NCBI RefSeq assembly: GCF_006345805.1
Contig: NC_043003.1
Span: 20,150,001-20,214,000 of the forward strand
Direction of reading: 5' to 3'
Origin: Octopus sinensis
Taxonomy: Eukaryota
DNA: 64,000 bases
Of this stretch, positions 1 to 14,527 are shown one piece after another. Position numbers and translations under genes: made by a program. Each line of letters begins with the position of its first letter. Position 1 is the stretch's first letter. The notes under the pieces are model-generated. The model did not search any database, had not been told where the DNA came from, and was given only the letters and a program-made list of their open reading frames with translations.

Positions 1-707
1 TTCAAATCAATAATTTCTTATTAAATCAAGATTTTTGCAGTACAGTTTAATTGATACGCTACCACGGCCATTGGGTTTTAGATGTTACCATTTCTATTTC
101 TTTAAAAAAAATCAGAAATGTTTAGTGAAGCCGCCAGCAAATTTTCTTTTAGGTATCTTAACCGTATTTATATGTTTGCCAAAAGCGAATTTAAAAGCTA
201 TTCTCGTTTTCAGCGATGCATTTCCCGAGGCATACTTAATGTTGGTTTCAAGTTGATAGCAACAGGTTAGAGCTTTTTCCTTACTATTAACGTGAATATC
301 GCTTGGAGCAGTGCAATTATAAAATGGGGAAGAAGCTGAGAAGCATTGTTCCTGAATATGTTTCTGAAATTAGGATAATTAACAGGAGATGCGAAATTAT
401 ATATATCGTTCAAATTTTCGCTGCAAATTTGGTATAAGCGAGAAATTATCGATAACGTTTTGATATGACAATGGATTAAATGAACGTTAAGAAATGTTAG
501 GTTATTGTGAATATTTTTCGCAGTTCTACTTTGTAATTAAGTACAACCAAATTGTTGAGTGAATCACTAAGTCTAAAAACTGTAAGAAGAATATAAACAT
601 TAATATATACAAACTTTACTCCTGCTTTTAAGGATATCTAAAATTATAAGCTAACTGTTTTGCACTATTATTATCTTCACGTATATGCTATAGTCATCAT
701 ACAATAC

Positions 708-900
708 TTATATATTATATATAATTATATATATATATTATATATATATATAATATTATATTATATATATATATATATACATACTATATATATATACATA
801 TATATATATATAATATATTTATATATATACATCTAATATAGGATAAAATTTTCGAAAAAAGTTCTATCATGGCCAGAATAATAAAAATACCTTTAAAGGT

Positions 901-938
<38 letters not shown>

Positions 939-1258
939 TATATGTATATAATATATATATATAATATGTATATATATATATATATATAATATGTATATAT
1001 ATATATATATATATATGTATATAATATATATATATATATTATATAATATATATATATATAGTATATGTATATATATATATAATATATATTATATATATAT
1101 ATTATATATATATATATTATATGTATATATATATATATATGTATTATATATATATATGTTAATATATGTATATATATATATATATGTTATATATATGTAT
1201 ATATATATATATGATGTATAATATATATATATATAATATGTATTATATATATATAGTG

Positions 1259-1298
<40 letters not shown>

Positions 1299-1631
1299 TG
1301 TGTAATATATATATATATATATGTGTATATCTATATATATATATGTGTATATATATATATATATATATTTTATGTATATATATTTATATATATATATGTA
1401 TATATAATATATGTATATATATAGTATATATATATATGTATATATATGTATATATATATATATGTGTATATATATATAGATATAGTATATATATATATAT
1501 ATATGTGTATATATATATATATATATGTGTGTATATTATATATATATATATATATGTATATATAGATGTATATATATATATGTATTATATATGTATATTA
1601 TAATATATATATGTATATATATATGTATATA

Positions 1632-1680
<49 letters not shown>

Positions 1681-1700
1681 GTATATATATATATTAATAA

Positions 1701-1737
<37 letters not shown>

Positions 1738-2167
1738 ATGTATATTATATGTATATATATATATATATGTATATATATATGTATATAATATATATGTATA
1801 TATATGTATATATATATATGTGTTATATATATTATATATATGTATGGATAATGTATATATGTGTATATATTTATATATATATATTAGTATATTATATATA
1901 TATATATAGGGTATCTATATCTATATATATGTGTATTATATATATATAATATATGTAGTTATATATATGTAATATATATATTATATATATATATGATATA
2001 TTATATATATATATATATTATATATGTATATATATATGTATATATATATATATATATGTATATAATATATATATGTATATATCTATGTATATATATATAT
2101 GTATATATATATGTATATATATATATATATAGATATAATTCTGTTATATATAATAATATTGTATATA

Positions 2168-2212
<45 letters not shown>

Positions 2213-2389
2213 TATGTAGTGTATATAGTATATATCTATATATATATTATATGTAGATATATTAGGTATATATATATATATATATATGATGTATATATGT
2301 ATATATAGATATATTATATATAGTATATATATATGTATATATAGATATATATTATGTATATATATATATATGATATGTATATATATATG

Positions 2390-2422
<33 letters not shown>

Positions 2423-2444
2423 TATGTTATATATAATATATATG

Positions 2445-2476
<32 letters not shown>

Positions 2477-2970
2477 TAATATATATAGTAGTATATGTAT
2501 TATATATATGTGTATATATATATATTTATACTGGATATATATTATATATATATATATGTGTATATATATAGATATATATGTGTAATATATATATGATATG
2601 TATATATATAATATGTGTAGGATTATATATATATAATGTAGGATATATATATATGTGTATATATATATATATATATGCATATATATATATACTGTATTAT
2701 AGTATATATATATTATGTGTATATATAGATATATATGTAATATATATATATATTGTGTCGTATAGAGTATATAGTATATATATATAATATAGATATATAT
2801 TATATTCGGTGTTATATATAATTATTGTATATATATTATATATAGTATATTAGATATATATATATATATGTTATATAGATATATAGATATGTGTATATAT
2901 ATATATATATATATATGATATAGATATAGATATATGATATATATTTATATATATTGTATTACTATATATA

Positions 2971-3003
<33 letters not shown>

Positions 3004-3047
3004 TGTATATATATTTATATATTATGTATATATATATATATATATGC

Positions 3048-3083
<36 letters not shown>

Positions 3084-3096
3084 ATATATATTATAT
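708..3096. repeat. ~2.4 kb degenerate (TA)n microsatellite, interrupted by a short unique cassette at ~831-901
   Basis: Seen directly. The overlapping YI-rich ORFs are translations of the repeat. Scattered substitutions and indels may be consensus noise. Confidence 0.95.
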
Positions 3097-3570
3097 GTAA
3101 GTAAGGAAAGTTTTAAAATGCAGAATGCTCAAATTGAAAGAAAAATTTAATAAAATGAGAAATTGATCAAATATATAAATATATATTATTCAACCGGTTT
3201 TCGTCATTGTATGACTGTCAAGAATATTTATGTTTTAAAAAGTTTTTTTAAAACTTAGAAAGGGGAAGAAAAAAGAAAATTGCATTGTTTTTTGTAAAGA
3301 ATAAGATAAAAATGTACAAAAATAAAAAATAAGTTCTCCGATACATTGTGAGTTCGTTGTGTATCTTGATTTTATGGCTTTGTTCACGGAAAAATACCTT
3401 GAGGGGTTAAGATCCAAAGGGATTAAGAGCATGTGTGTGTTGTTTTTAATTAAGCATGTTGCAGGATGGAAGTAAGTAGTAGTAATGTGGTTCTGGTTCT
3501 TCAGTTCCTGTGTTGTGAGTCAGGGGAGACAACTCTTTTGAGTTCTTCATAAAACCCAAATTATAAAAAT
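3097..3570 (-). mobile_element. Probable PLE 3'/pLTR remnant in (TA)n with a decayed hammerhead-like motif (3187-3226)
   Basis: Minus strand reads tattc-TTGACA-gtca tacaa tgac-GAAA(a)-ccgg-TT-gaata: stems I and II are present, stem III is palindromic, and the core is one nt short. Flanked by (TA)n and (TC)n. Confidence 0.45.
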
Positions 3571-3643
3571 TATCTATCTCTCTCTCTTCTCTCTTCTCTC
3601 TCTATCTATATATCTATCTATATATAATATATGTATCTATCTA

Positions 3644-3696
<53 letters not shown>

Positions 3697-3729
3697 ATAT
3701 ATATATGTATATATATATATATGTATGTA

Positions 3730-3766
<37 letters not shown>

Positions 3767-3901
3767 ATATATATATATATATAGTTAATCCAAACAAGAA
3801 CAAAGAGAAAGCACAACAACGCAAGGACGTGGAACAAATATAGTGTTATTGGACGCTCAGGAAAGGAAAGAAAGAAGGAAGATTTAACGAACACTAGCAT
3901 A

Positions 3902-4083
3902 GGTGTGGCTGTGTGATAAGAAGTTTGCTTTTCAACTACATGGTTCCTGGTTCAGTCCCATGTGTGGTAACTTAGGCAAGTGAAGTTTACTATAGCTCCT
4001 GTTATCTATCTATATCTATCTATCTATCTTCTATCTATCTATCTATCTATCATCTATCTTCTATATATATATTTATCTAGGTG

Positions 4084-4154
<71 letters not shown>

Positions 4155-4454
4155 GTTTATCTATGTTGTGTGATATATATAATATATATATATATATGTA
4201 TATCTATGTGTGTGCGTGTATATATATATATATCTGTGTGTATGTGTGTCTTTCTGTCTGTATTTGGTCCCCCCACCCACCGATTAACAACCGGTGGTGG
4301 TATGTTTGCATCCATGTAACCTAGCGGTTCGGTAAATGAGACAATTGACTAAGTACCAGACTTTAAAAAATAAGTACTGGCGTCAATTAATTAACTAAAA
4401 ATTCAAGCTGGTGCCCCAGCATGGCCGCAGTCTTATGCCTGAAACAAGTAAAGG
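3902..4454 (+). mobile_element. tRNA-derived SINE family A copy with expanded internal microsatellite
   Basis: Head ggtgtggctgtgtgataagaag..ggttcagtcc and tail ccagcatggccgcagtc..tgaaacaagtaaa match more than 10 other copies in the window. Confidence 0.8.
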
Positions 4455-5202
4455 ATATATGATGCATACGTATGCACACATATTTTATTAGAATTATATA
4501 TATTATATACGTTTATCGTATGTATAAGTGGTATGATCAATAAGTATCCGGACTGTTGCCATATTAACGAAGCTGAGGCACGCAAAGTTGAGCCGCTTGG
4601 CACTGATTGACCTTAAACTCTGCTGTGCATGTGCAGTAAGTTTTAACGTTCTAGCTCACTTCCGCTGTTTACAGCAGTGTTTGTAACCCGTCATCGGCGT
4701 GTGACAATCACCAGCTAGGGGTGAGAAGTGATTTCGAACGTAAATACATAGGCTTTTTACTACTCAGAAATCCGGGTCCGTGTGTATCACGTCAGGCTAG
4801 AGATGGGAACAATGATTTCCCTTTGCAAATACTGATCGGGCACAGACAGTGTATCTTTACCCAGCTGGAGAAGATGTATTACTGGGGCTATAAACTACAG
4901 TAGCATCCTCCCGTATTAGGTGGCGAATATACTTCACAATATATATAATGTGTGCGTATGTGTGTGTATTTACAACATCTATATATATTATATAGTTTTC
5001 CTGGCGGTATATATGTTATGTGCAAATATTTCTATGTTTCTCTATAAGTCTTTCCAGCTATCCACCTGCCTGTTTATTATATATCAAAACTATATACCTA
5101 TTTATCTATTATCCTGCACCTGTACAGATAACATATATGTTTGCGTATATCTGCCTATATACATACAGATGTGGTTATGTAAGCGGCTGTGTGATAAGAA
5201 GG

Positions 5203-5359
5203 TGCAGGCGTGGCTGTGTGGTCAGAAGCTTCCTTCCTAACCACATGGTTCAGGGTTCAGTCCCACTGCGTGGAACCTTAAGCAAATGTCTTCTATTATA
5301 GCCTCGGGCCGATCAAAGCCTTGTGAGTGGATTTGGTAGTCGGAAAGTGAAAGAAGCCC

Positions 5360-5397
<38 letters not shown>

Positions 5398-5605
5398 TAT
5401 ATATATGTATGTATATTTGTGTGTCTCCACCATCGTTGGGCAACCGATGTTGGTATGTTTGCATCCCCGTAACTTAGCAGTTCGGCAAAAGAGACCAACA
5501 GTATAAGAACTAGGCTTACAAACAATACGTCCTGGGGCTGAATTTGTTCAACTAAAGGCAGTACTCCCGTATGGCCGCAGTCAAATGACTGAAACAAATA
5601 AAAGA
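5203..5605 (+). mobile_element. SINE family A, near full-length
   Basis: A-box-like TGGCTGTGTGG, B-box-like GGTTCAGTCC, central (TA)n, and the conserved tail ggccgcagtcaaatgactgaaacaa. Confidence 0.85.
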
Positions 5606-6546
5606 ATACACAATCTTGTGTGTAAATATATATATGTTCAGTTATATATATATATATATATGTTTGTGTGTGTGTGTGTATGTGTGTGTGTGTGTGTGAT
5701 GGTGTGTTTGTATTCAAATGTTAATCGTGTTTGATAATATTTACACAAGATCACAAGTGTGCTCATAGTATGCACTTGAATCCAGTAGAGTTGACACAGT
5801 GCAATGGCTGATATATTACTATTGATTAAATGAAGTTCCTTGTACTTCAAGAACATACTTGTTTTTAATCGATTCAGTTCTCAAATCACAAAAGGCACTG
5901 TCCGTCTTGGTAGAGGTTAAAATTAATACCGTTGTGGAGTAAGGCCCATGCATCTCCGTGGTTGTGCGTCCTGTAAGAAATGGTAGCTAAATCTATTGAA
6001 AATTGAATACGAATGAAACTGGTACAGTCATAATGTAATCTCACGCACACTGTGTTTGAATAGAAAGATTAGTTGGTCATGGCTGTAAAGTCTTTCAGCA
6101 TATGTTTACCGGATCAGAGATAACTTGGAGTTAAACAACATCAACAACTTAGCAACACTACAAAAGAACAACAATTACTGTAACGTAACCGTCCCCATAG
6201 ATTATACGTAACTCTGCTTTCGCGAATACATACATAGGCGAGGAAAATCTATGTGGATGTACAGTCTGCTAGAAAGAGCAGCTAAATGCAGTGCAAATCA
6301 CATCCTGTGAGCTATAATGAGACACATTAGATGATGCAATTTTAAGATTCTGAAAAGACGGTGAAGCACACAGCTGGAACTCATTCGAACGTATATCCCT
6401 TTTTAGATTCGACCTGATTCAAACCACCACCACCACCGTAAGTCCCACTCTTAGATACAGGTCAGCCTTTTTTTTCAAGTCGTCCCCGTCATGATAGTAC
6501 TGTTTTTTTTTTTTAAAAACATAATAACGAAATATATAGTAATTAT

Positions 6547-6964
6547 AAGGCGGCGAATTAGCAGAAACGTTAGCATGTCCGCCGAAATGCTTAGCGATAT
6601 TTCATCTGCCGTTACGTTCTGAGTTCAAGTTACACCGAGGTCGACTTTGCCTTTCATCCTTTCGGAGTCGATAAATTAAGTACCAGTTACGCACTGGGGT
6701 CGATGTAATCGACTTAATCCCTTTATCTGTCCTTGTTTGTCCCCTCTATGTTTAGCCCCTTGTGGGTAATAAAGAAATAAGGAACGTTAACACGCCGGGC
6801 GAAATGCTTAGCGGTTTTTCGTCTGTCTTTATGTTCTGAGTTCAATTTCCGCCGAGGTCGACTTTGCTTTTCGGGGTCAATAAATTAAGTTGCGTACTGG
6901 GGTAGATCTAATCGACTGGCCTCTCCCACCAAAATTTCGGGCTTTGTACCTAGAATAGAAAAGA
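6547..6964 (+). mobile_element. SINE family B dimer (two monomers with different tails)
   Basis: The unit aaacgttagc..gaaatgcttagcg..gagttcaa..gaggtcgactttgcctttcatcctttcgg.gtcgataaa occurs twice, with the same arrangement at 28615-29012. The central domain resembles the MetaSINE core (inference). Confidence 0.85.
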
Positions 6965-8177
6965 ATATATAGTTATTATATTATCCAATGAATTCTTCCA
7001 TTCTAAAGAAGCTGGAGTGTGATGTGAATGAAATTTAATGTACATCTCAATTGTTGTTATAATTGTTTTTATTTAACCCCAGGTTATGTTTCCTGTAACG
7101 TGGTTATAATCAGATTTTTCACTTATGGCCATCTATTCTTTTATACAGCATAGCTTTGCAGACATTGCATATCAAGGATCATATCCCTTAATTAATGCTT
7201 GTGGTTGCAAATGATTTTTAGGGTTATTTAAATAACTATATAGAAGCTCCCTCTTTGATTCGCTGAGTTCTCAGTTAAAATCTTTCTATAACGGGCCATA
7301 CATTGTCGAATCGATAAAATGAGTGACTCCAACATAAGAACGCCTGTCAGTCACAAAAAATAAACCTCGAGGGAGAATGTAATAGTTATTTCTAGTAGGT
7401 TGGTCGAGCACGTAGAAGCTCCGTCGTTGGCTCGTCTTAGTGCAATTATATCATCAGAGTGTTTCAGACGTAGATATGAATCTTCAAATATTGGTATCTG
7501 ATATAATATCGATCAGATAATTTACTATAAGAACTGTAAAACGTTTTAAAGCATAATTACCACTTTACAAGTGTGTCTAGCATTTCGTGTTCTCTCACTT
7601 TCTCTTATGTTTCTTACACTGATGACGACATATCTGTGAAATATTGACGGTTGTTATTGCTGTCTGATAAATAATGATAGACTTTGTTGCTCTTGTTTAT
7701 TGTAACTGACTATGACAGATTATGATAATTATGCTGTTGACGAGACAACAACGGCGAGGCAGATGACGAAGACGACGACAACGACGACGACAGCGACAAT
7801 GATAATGATGCGGACGATGGTGATGATGACTTGTGGAGGACGCTGGTATTGATGCTGCCTTTACTGTTTGTGTTATAGACTGTCGTATTGTTTATGTTGG
7901 TTTTGACATGTCTGTGTTTGTGTACACTGTTATTTAATCATTTGAATTCTATCCTCTAGAGAAGGAACACTTTTTCTCCCAAACAAACAAAGCTCTCGTC
8001 ATCAAAATTTAGAAAAAAAAAAAGACAACAACGATAAGATTTGAACTTTAGATAAGTCTTAGATATATTTACTGTTCCGATTAGATACTGTATTTGTACT
8101 AGTGTACCATTAACTAATCACTTCCTTTGTTTGAAAAAGCTAACTTTTCAAGATTGCTGTTTAGTAATATAGTTAAG

Positions 8178-8488
8178 TTTGTTGTTTGTTCCTTCTCGAG
8201 CAACGCTTGGCTCATAGGGCCGGTTTCTCTGGTTTTCTTGGCGTATAGGTTCCCCACCTAGACGGGAAGCCGGTCCGTCGCAGGTGAGCTGAAAGATGCA
8301 GGAGGAAAGAGTGAGAGAAAGTTGTGGCGAAAGAGTCAGCAGAATTTCGCCATTACATTCTGCCGGAGCCGCGTGGAGCACCTTACGTGTTTCGCTCATA
8401 AACACACACATTGCCCGGTCTGAGATTCGAACCCGCCATCCCTCGACCGCGAATCTGCAGCTCTAAACACTTGGCCATTTGCCTCCAC
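8178..8488 (-). mobile_element. tRNA(Arg)-like-head SINE (family C)
   Basis: Minus strand GGAGGCAAATGGCCAAGTGT..GGGTTCGAATCTC (Pol III A and B boxes), homologous to the head at 11611; (AAC)-like tail. Confidence 0.8.
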
Positions 8489-9963
8489 ATAGCCAAGTCT
8501 ACCAATAAACATATCGGAGTAGCTTTGAGGACACATTCCTTCCCTCCTCTCTCCCTTCGCCTCATCAGTCTCGTAGGCCCTGGAAGGGCCACGGATATAT
8601 CGTTTCCTCCTAAAACTAAAACACCATAACATAATCTTTTGCAACAGTCAAAGAACTACCACGTGACTTGTTAATTTACTGTGTCAAAATGTTAGAATGA
8701 AATCTACTTCGTTTTAAATATTTCTAGTTTAATTTTCTAGAGTAAAACAACAATCTCGAGAGCACTCAAATTTATTTAGAAAATATCTGATTAAAACTGA
8801 AAGAATTGAAGTAGTATTTCTATTCATGTAACTGTGGTGTGAGAAGAATTATACAATGTTATGAATGAATTAACCTTTCAACGTTGAATGAATATCGAAC
8901 GGTGTTGGGAATGCAAAATGGCGTTGTAAAACTACGCACATATTGAAAATTATAGAAAGGTGTCACCGATTTTGTAAACTCTATTATTGGTCCACTGCGC
9001 ATTTTGTCGACCCAAGAAGGATGCGAATAAAATTTATTAGAGGGTTCTGAACTCAGTACCGAAGATTAAAAGACGGAACTTAACACAGATACACAATTTT
9101 TCTGCTGTTTTGCTGATCGAAGAAAAAGAAAAGAGAAACAGTTTGCTGTATTTAGTATGTTCCTTTGCGTTCTTAGTTGAAAACGAATTTAGGGGAAAAA
9201 TCCATAAGTTTCTGAGCATCCAAATTTCCATTTTCCTATTTAAAATACGAGTCCTTTGTTACTTCTGCTTCTGCTTTGTCAAAAGAAACTATTATTATAC
9301 AACAACAATTACGCAATGAAAAATATATATATGCAAAGAAAACCAGCGTTCATTGCAGCCATTTTCCCTCGTTGTTATGAAACGAGAAAAAGTAAATACA
9401 AAAAGACGTGTTTTAGCAAGGAAATAGTAAAAACGAAAATCGCATTAAAGTTACTACGGATTTCTTTTCTTTTTTCTTCCTTTGCAACATACTATTTCAA
9501 TACTGGAGTAAGAATAAAGACTGCAATGACTGTTATATAATTTCCTACAATAAACCGATATTTCGTTTATTCTGCAAGAGTTAATAAACAGATACAAACT
9601 CTCCCCGCCATCTCATACACGATTTGTGCTCCAAACTACTTTGAGATTCACGTTACACACTTTATAACATAAACGACACTCCATTAAAGAATAATAATTG
9701 AAAAAATATTATTGGAGACAGTAAAAATATGAGAATGAAGAATCTGCCATTTTGTTTGATGTGTATAAACATACATGCGCAGACGCACGCACAAGCTCAC
9801 ACACATACACACACACACGCACACACATACACACATACACACATGCACGGATGCGTACACAAATACATGCAAAAACATTTCTGCGCGTGCACACTTCTAT
9901 AATGTACTTTTTGTAATTACATGTATATAAGTATATACAAATAGAACAGGCCAACATAGAAAG

Positions 9964-9994
<31 letters not shown>

Positions 9995-10026
9995 TGTATG
10001 TATGTATCTATCTATTTGTCTGTCTG

Positions 10027-10059
<33 letters not shown>

Positions 10060-10172
10060 TTATCTGTCTGTCTGTCTGTCTATCTATCCATCTATCCATG
10101 TACACACACATACACACAGATACACGCACACACACACATATACATATACGCACAGATATATACATATATACA

Positions 10173-10208
<36 letters not shown>

Positions 10209-10224
10209 TATATACATATTTTTA

Positions 10225-10503
10225 TTTTACTTGTTTCAGTCATTTGACTGCGGCCATGCTGGAGCACCGCCTTTCAGTCGAATAAATCGACTACAGGACT
10301 TATTCTTTGTAAGCTTAGTACTTATTTTATCGACCACTTTAACCGAACCGCTTGGTTCCGGGCACGTAAATGCACCAACATCGATTGTCAGGCGATGGAG
10401 GGTGGAGGAACAAACAACCCCACCCATATATATATATATATATATATAATTTCAACAATTGAGGGTAAAATGTGGCAAAGTAATTTATTTTACTAAGCCC
10501 TTT

Positions 10504-10535
<32 letters not shown>

Positions 10536-10705
10536 CTATATACGACGAGCTTCTTTCAGTTTCCATCTACCAAATCCACTCACAAGGCTTTGGTCGGCCT
10601 GAGGCTATAGTAGAAGACACTTGCCCAGGGTGCCCCGCAGTGGAACTGAACACGGAACCATGTGGTTGGGAAGCAAGCTTCTGACCACGCGGCCACTCCT
10701 GAGCC
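10225..10705 (-). mobile_element. SINE family A, full-length
   Basis: Reverse-complement match to 5203-5605, with a longer internal (TA)n region. Confidence 0.85.
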
Positions 10706-11039
10706 TTAAGTATATAAGTGTATATGTGTGTGTGTATATATTTATGTACGTGTATGTCGTGGCTGTGTGGTAAGTAGTTTGCTTCCCAGCTACACGGATC
10801 TGTGTATCACCTTGTGCAGGTGTCTTCTATAAAAGCCTCGGAGCGATCATAGCCTTGAGAGTGGATTTGGTGAACGAAAATTGAAAGAAGCTCGTTGTAA
10901 ATATATAAGTGTATGTGTGTGTGAGTGTGTGTGTGTGTGAGTGCACGTGTTGATGTATGTATATATACATATATCTATGTGTGCGTATCTCGGCTTCCAT
11001 TTAAGTATGTTTGCATGTATGTGTGTATATGTATACATT

Positions 11040-11099
<60 letters not shown>

Positions 11100-11116
11100 T
11101 CATGCGTGTATGCATC

Positions 11117-11149
<33 letters not shown>

Positions 11150-11610
11150 ATATATTATATATATATATATATAAATATATATATATATGTATATGTATAA
11201 TATGCATTAATATATATTTCACAGTTAAACGGGGAATTATTTTAGTATGCAGATGCATTAGCGAGAGTGCTCAATAAAAATGCTACAAATATCAAGGATA
11301 GAAATTTGAATGAGCCGCAATGAAGAAACGGTGAAAACAAATAAAAAGCAAAAAGCCAAATATCTAACACCTATACCATATATCGTTATACACACTGGAG
11401 AGTATATTTGTGTGAAAACTAGGTTATATATATATATAAATATTAAGAGAAGGAAAATGCGCGTAATTAATATATTTTTGATGTATCTTAAAGGATAGAA
11501 TATTATGATTGTACACCGGATTCGTGTTTCGCTAATCATGACATAGAAATTGGGAAAAATATTGCAATTTCGTATTTTCTTAGTTCATTTTGCTTGTATG
11601 CGGGTTTACT

Positions 11611-11994
11611 GTGGAGGCGCAATGGCCCAGTGGTTAGGGAAGCGGACTCGCGGTCATAGGATCGCGGTTTCGATTCCCAGACCGAGCGTTGTGAGTGTTT
11701 ATTGAGCGAAAACACCTAAAAGCTCCACGAGGCTCCGCAGGGGATGGTGGTGATCCCTGCTGTACTCTTTCACCACAACTTTCTCTCACTCTTACTTCCT
11801 GTTTCTGTTGTACCTGTATTTCAAAGGGCCGGCCTTATCACTCTCTGTGTCACGCTGAATATCCCCGAGAACTACGTTAAGGGTACACGTGTCTGTGGAG
11901 TGCTCAGCCACTTACACGTTAATTTCACGAGCAGGCTGTTCCGTTGATTCGGATGAACCGGAACCCTCGTCGTCGTGACCGACGGAGTGTTTCC
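11611..11994 (+). mobile_element. tRNA(Arg)-like-head SINE (family C) with 13-bp TSD
   Basis: TGGCCCAGTGG A box and GTTTCGATTCC B box. TSD atgcgggtttact at 11598-11610 and 11995-12007. Confidence 0.9.
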
Positions 11995-12159
11995 ATGCGG
12001 GTTTACTCTTTTACTCTTTTACTCTTCTACTTGTTTCAGTCATTTGAATGTGGCGATGCTGGAGTACCGCCTTTAGTCGAGCAAATCACCCCCAGGACTT
12101 ATTCTTTGTAAGCCTAGTACTTATATTGTATCGGTCTCTTTTGCCGAACAGCTAAGTTC

Positions 12160-12800
12160 ATACTCAGGCGCGATTTGTATTTTCAACAAATATATTTTCT
12201 TTATTTCATTTTAATTGTATAGAAATTGTTTCCTTGCACTGGTAGATGGGGAAACCGTGAAGTTTGGTTGGAGATTCCCTGCACACCTCTCTATGTTTTC
12301 ACTCAATGGTATCTGTTCATACCTTGGGATTAGGATCTGTCCCTTATGCAGTGGAGTTCTTTGTCTAAGTGACATCCTTGTCTGGCCAATATAGTTGTGT
12401 CCACAACCTGAACAAGTTGTTTCATAAATTACGTTTTTTCGTGCACAAGTGAAATTTGTCTTAATTGTGAATCTCTGTACTTGTTAGAAATGGAATTGCG
12501 AACGTTTCAGTAGGGTAGAGACTGTTCCACGATTTGGACGTCCGCATTTTTTAACTATTGGCTTCGTTCTTGCTGCGCGTAGCTTTGCATTTGTCACTTG
12601 ACCTTTCAATGATTTGAGTTGCTTTTTACATTTGACGAATTTATATATTTGAAGAATGTGGTTCATCTTTGGATCCCTAGCGAGCTTTGGTAGATTTTGA
12701 ATAATGGTGTCGTATGCCTCATTGTTTCTAGGGTTGTGTGTCGACATATAGGGTAGTATTTTTAGATGAGGTGTGAGATTTTGTTTTGTTTCCTTTTGTT
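12160..12800 (-). pseudogene. Penelope-like element fragment: linker plus GIY-YIG endonuclease (decayed)
   Basis: Minus translation ..KKCGRPNRGT.. then FTCARKNVIYETTCSGCGHNYIGQTRMSLRQR..H: a GIY-YIG motif with a Cys-rich linker typical of Neptune-type PLEs. Stops and frameshifts are present. Confidence 0.85.
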
Positions 12801-12802
12801 GA

Positions 12803-13018
12803 ATTGAAACCGATATCTAACAAAAACTAACGAACTCGAAGCAACATTTTCTGTTTAGTTTAGGCCGTCTGAAACACACCAAAAGAAATAGTCCTTTCAA
12901 TTTAGTGAAAAGGATTTGCACAATAGTGTTTGATAGTCGAGCCCTTGGACTTCAAGACCTCAGAACAACACTAGCTGAGATACACTATCCATCCTCACTT
13001 ATAGATGATGGAATCAAA
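12803..13018 (+). pseudogene. Penelope-like RT thumb fragment, inverted relative to the adjacent EN fragment
   Basis: IETDI*QKLTNSKQHFLFSLGRLKHTKRNSPFNLVKRICTIV..LAEIHYPSSLIDDGIK resembles the PLE thumb motif TDIY.K.T..Y..F.S.HP.HTK.NIP..L.RRI....YP..LI. Confidence 0.75.
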
Positions 13019-13719
13019 TCATCATCATCATCATCACCATCATCACCGCCAATCGCATCTTGTGTGCAACGTCCTGGCTACACAGCATATGCGGTGCCCC
13101 AGCAAATGGCGGTGCCCCAGCATGGCCACAGCTTGTGAGCTGAAACTAAATAAAATAAAAAATAAAATAAAATAAACACATTTACGCTTCATATACGATA
13201 TAGTGAAAGATTATGGCGTTCATCAAAATTAATTGCCCAAAACGAAAAATAAGGCTTAGGAGCTAACGTGTTAATATATCATACCCAGTACTGCCATAAT
13301 AATAATTATTATGAAGTCTTACACAGAATATTTTGCTTACTTATCTTTGGAACACCTTATAGTCTATTTGGAAAAATTTCTCACTGTCTTCCGAGCGAAG
13401 TTCTAATAATATTTCAGAAGATCACTTTGAGTTCTTTGTCATCATTGAACAGACGTGTTCCAGACTATTACAGACATATTAGTCACAAAAATCGATGCGT
13501 GATATATTTTCAGTTTTGACGTGAATGTTTCTACGTATTGTTCAATAGACACAGATACCTCCTAGTCATCTAATTGGTTAAACTATATCTTTGTGAGGAC
13601 AAAACATCCAAAATTGCGACAGTCAATTGTTTCTTTGTTAATTCTATATCATTCAGTTGACTTCATCTGCTGGCTTCGATATTATTTCATTTTGATTGCT
13701 TTTCTAGCTGAGAATCGAT

Positions 13720-13915
13720 TGACTTTGGTGCATTTGAACTCAGACCTGTTTCAGTGAGCCATGGTTGTTTTCTATTTTAAGTAGTAAGTGTAGTTGAGGG
13801 AAAATGGGGCGAACTTTGGTGCGTTTTAACTCAGGTCTTCCATTTCTGCGAGCCACAGATATTTCTCTAGTGAAAGTATTAAGTGCAGTCGAAAAAGAAT
13901 GCGTTGAACTCAAGA
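13720..13915. repeat. Diverged ~92-bp tandem repeat, about 2 units
   Basis: actttggtgc.ttt.aactcag..gagcca..aagta.taagtg.agt.ga recurs at ~13721 and ~13813. Confidence 0.6.
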
Positions 13916-14299
13916 ACTTAACTCCCTATGCAAACATGTATTTGAGAAAGAGGTGAGATCGCAGTTACTACTACTCTCAGATTACACACCAATTCATCCA
14001 TCCATCCGTCCATCTATCCTACCACCCATACATCAAATCCACGAGCATACGCACGTGCGCGCGTGTGTACACACACAAGACACGCAATCGTTCAGAGGCG
14101 CACATACGCATATGCCTACACACACAGACACACACACGTATGTATTTTTTTCCCTTCCATCTAACTCCATTTCGTTTTCGTGTTTACTTTCTATTGAATT
14201 GCCATTTGGTTGGGGCGTATTCATAGAAATGTTTCATGTGTTTAAGTATGGATGCAAAGATGTTTTTTTTGATGGTTAGTAACCTTGCAGCAATAGATG

Positions 14300-14300
14300 T

Positions 14301-14333
<33 letters not shown>

Positions 14334-14342
14334 GTAACGATG

Positions 14343-14384
<42 letters not shown>

Positions 14385-14474
14385 GTAATGATTATGATGA
14401 TGATAATAATAATAATAGTAATGATTATGATGATGATAATAATAATAATAGTAATGATTATGATGATAATAATA

Positions 14475-14527
<53 letters not shown>

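Noticed and set aside
118-270. Short peptide with RFQRCISRGILNVGFKL, reminiscent of PLE N-termini
   Set aside because: Too short and divergent to call without a profile search; the element may extend beyond the window edge.
991-2787. YI/IY-rich ORFs (also at 21767-22445, 43424-46588, 51979-52430 and 61737-62400)
   Set aside because: Translations of (TA)n and (CA)n microsatellites, which lack stops in several frames.
4530-4915. Possible mariner-like end followed by another repeat fragment
   Set aside because: No partner TIR or ORF found in the window, so it cannot be classified by eye.
7615-7655. CTGATGA..GAAA spacing resembling a hammerhead
   Set aside because: No convincing stem III, UH site or stem I pairing.
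11613-11685. tRNA-like sequence with A and B boxes
   Set aside because: It is a SINE head: it continues into a repeat body, is bounded by a TSD, and has no clean acceptor stem.
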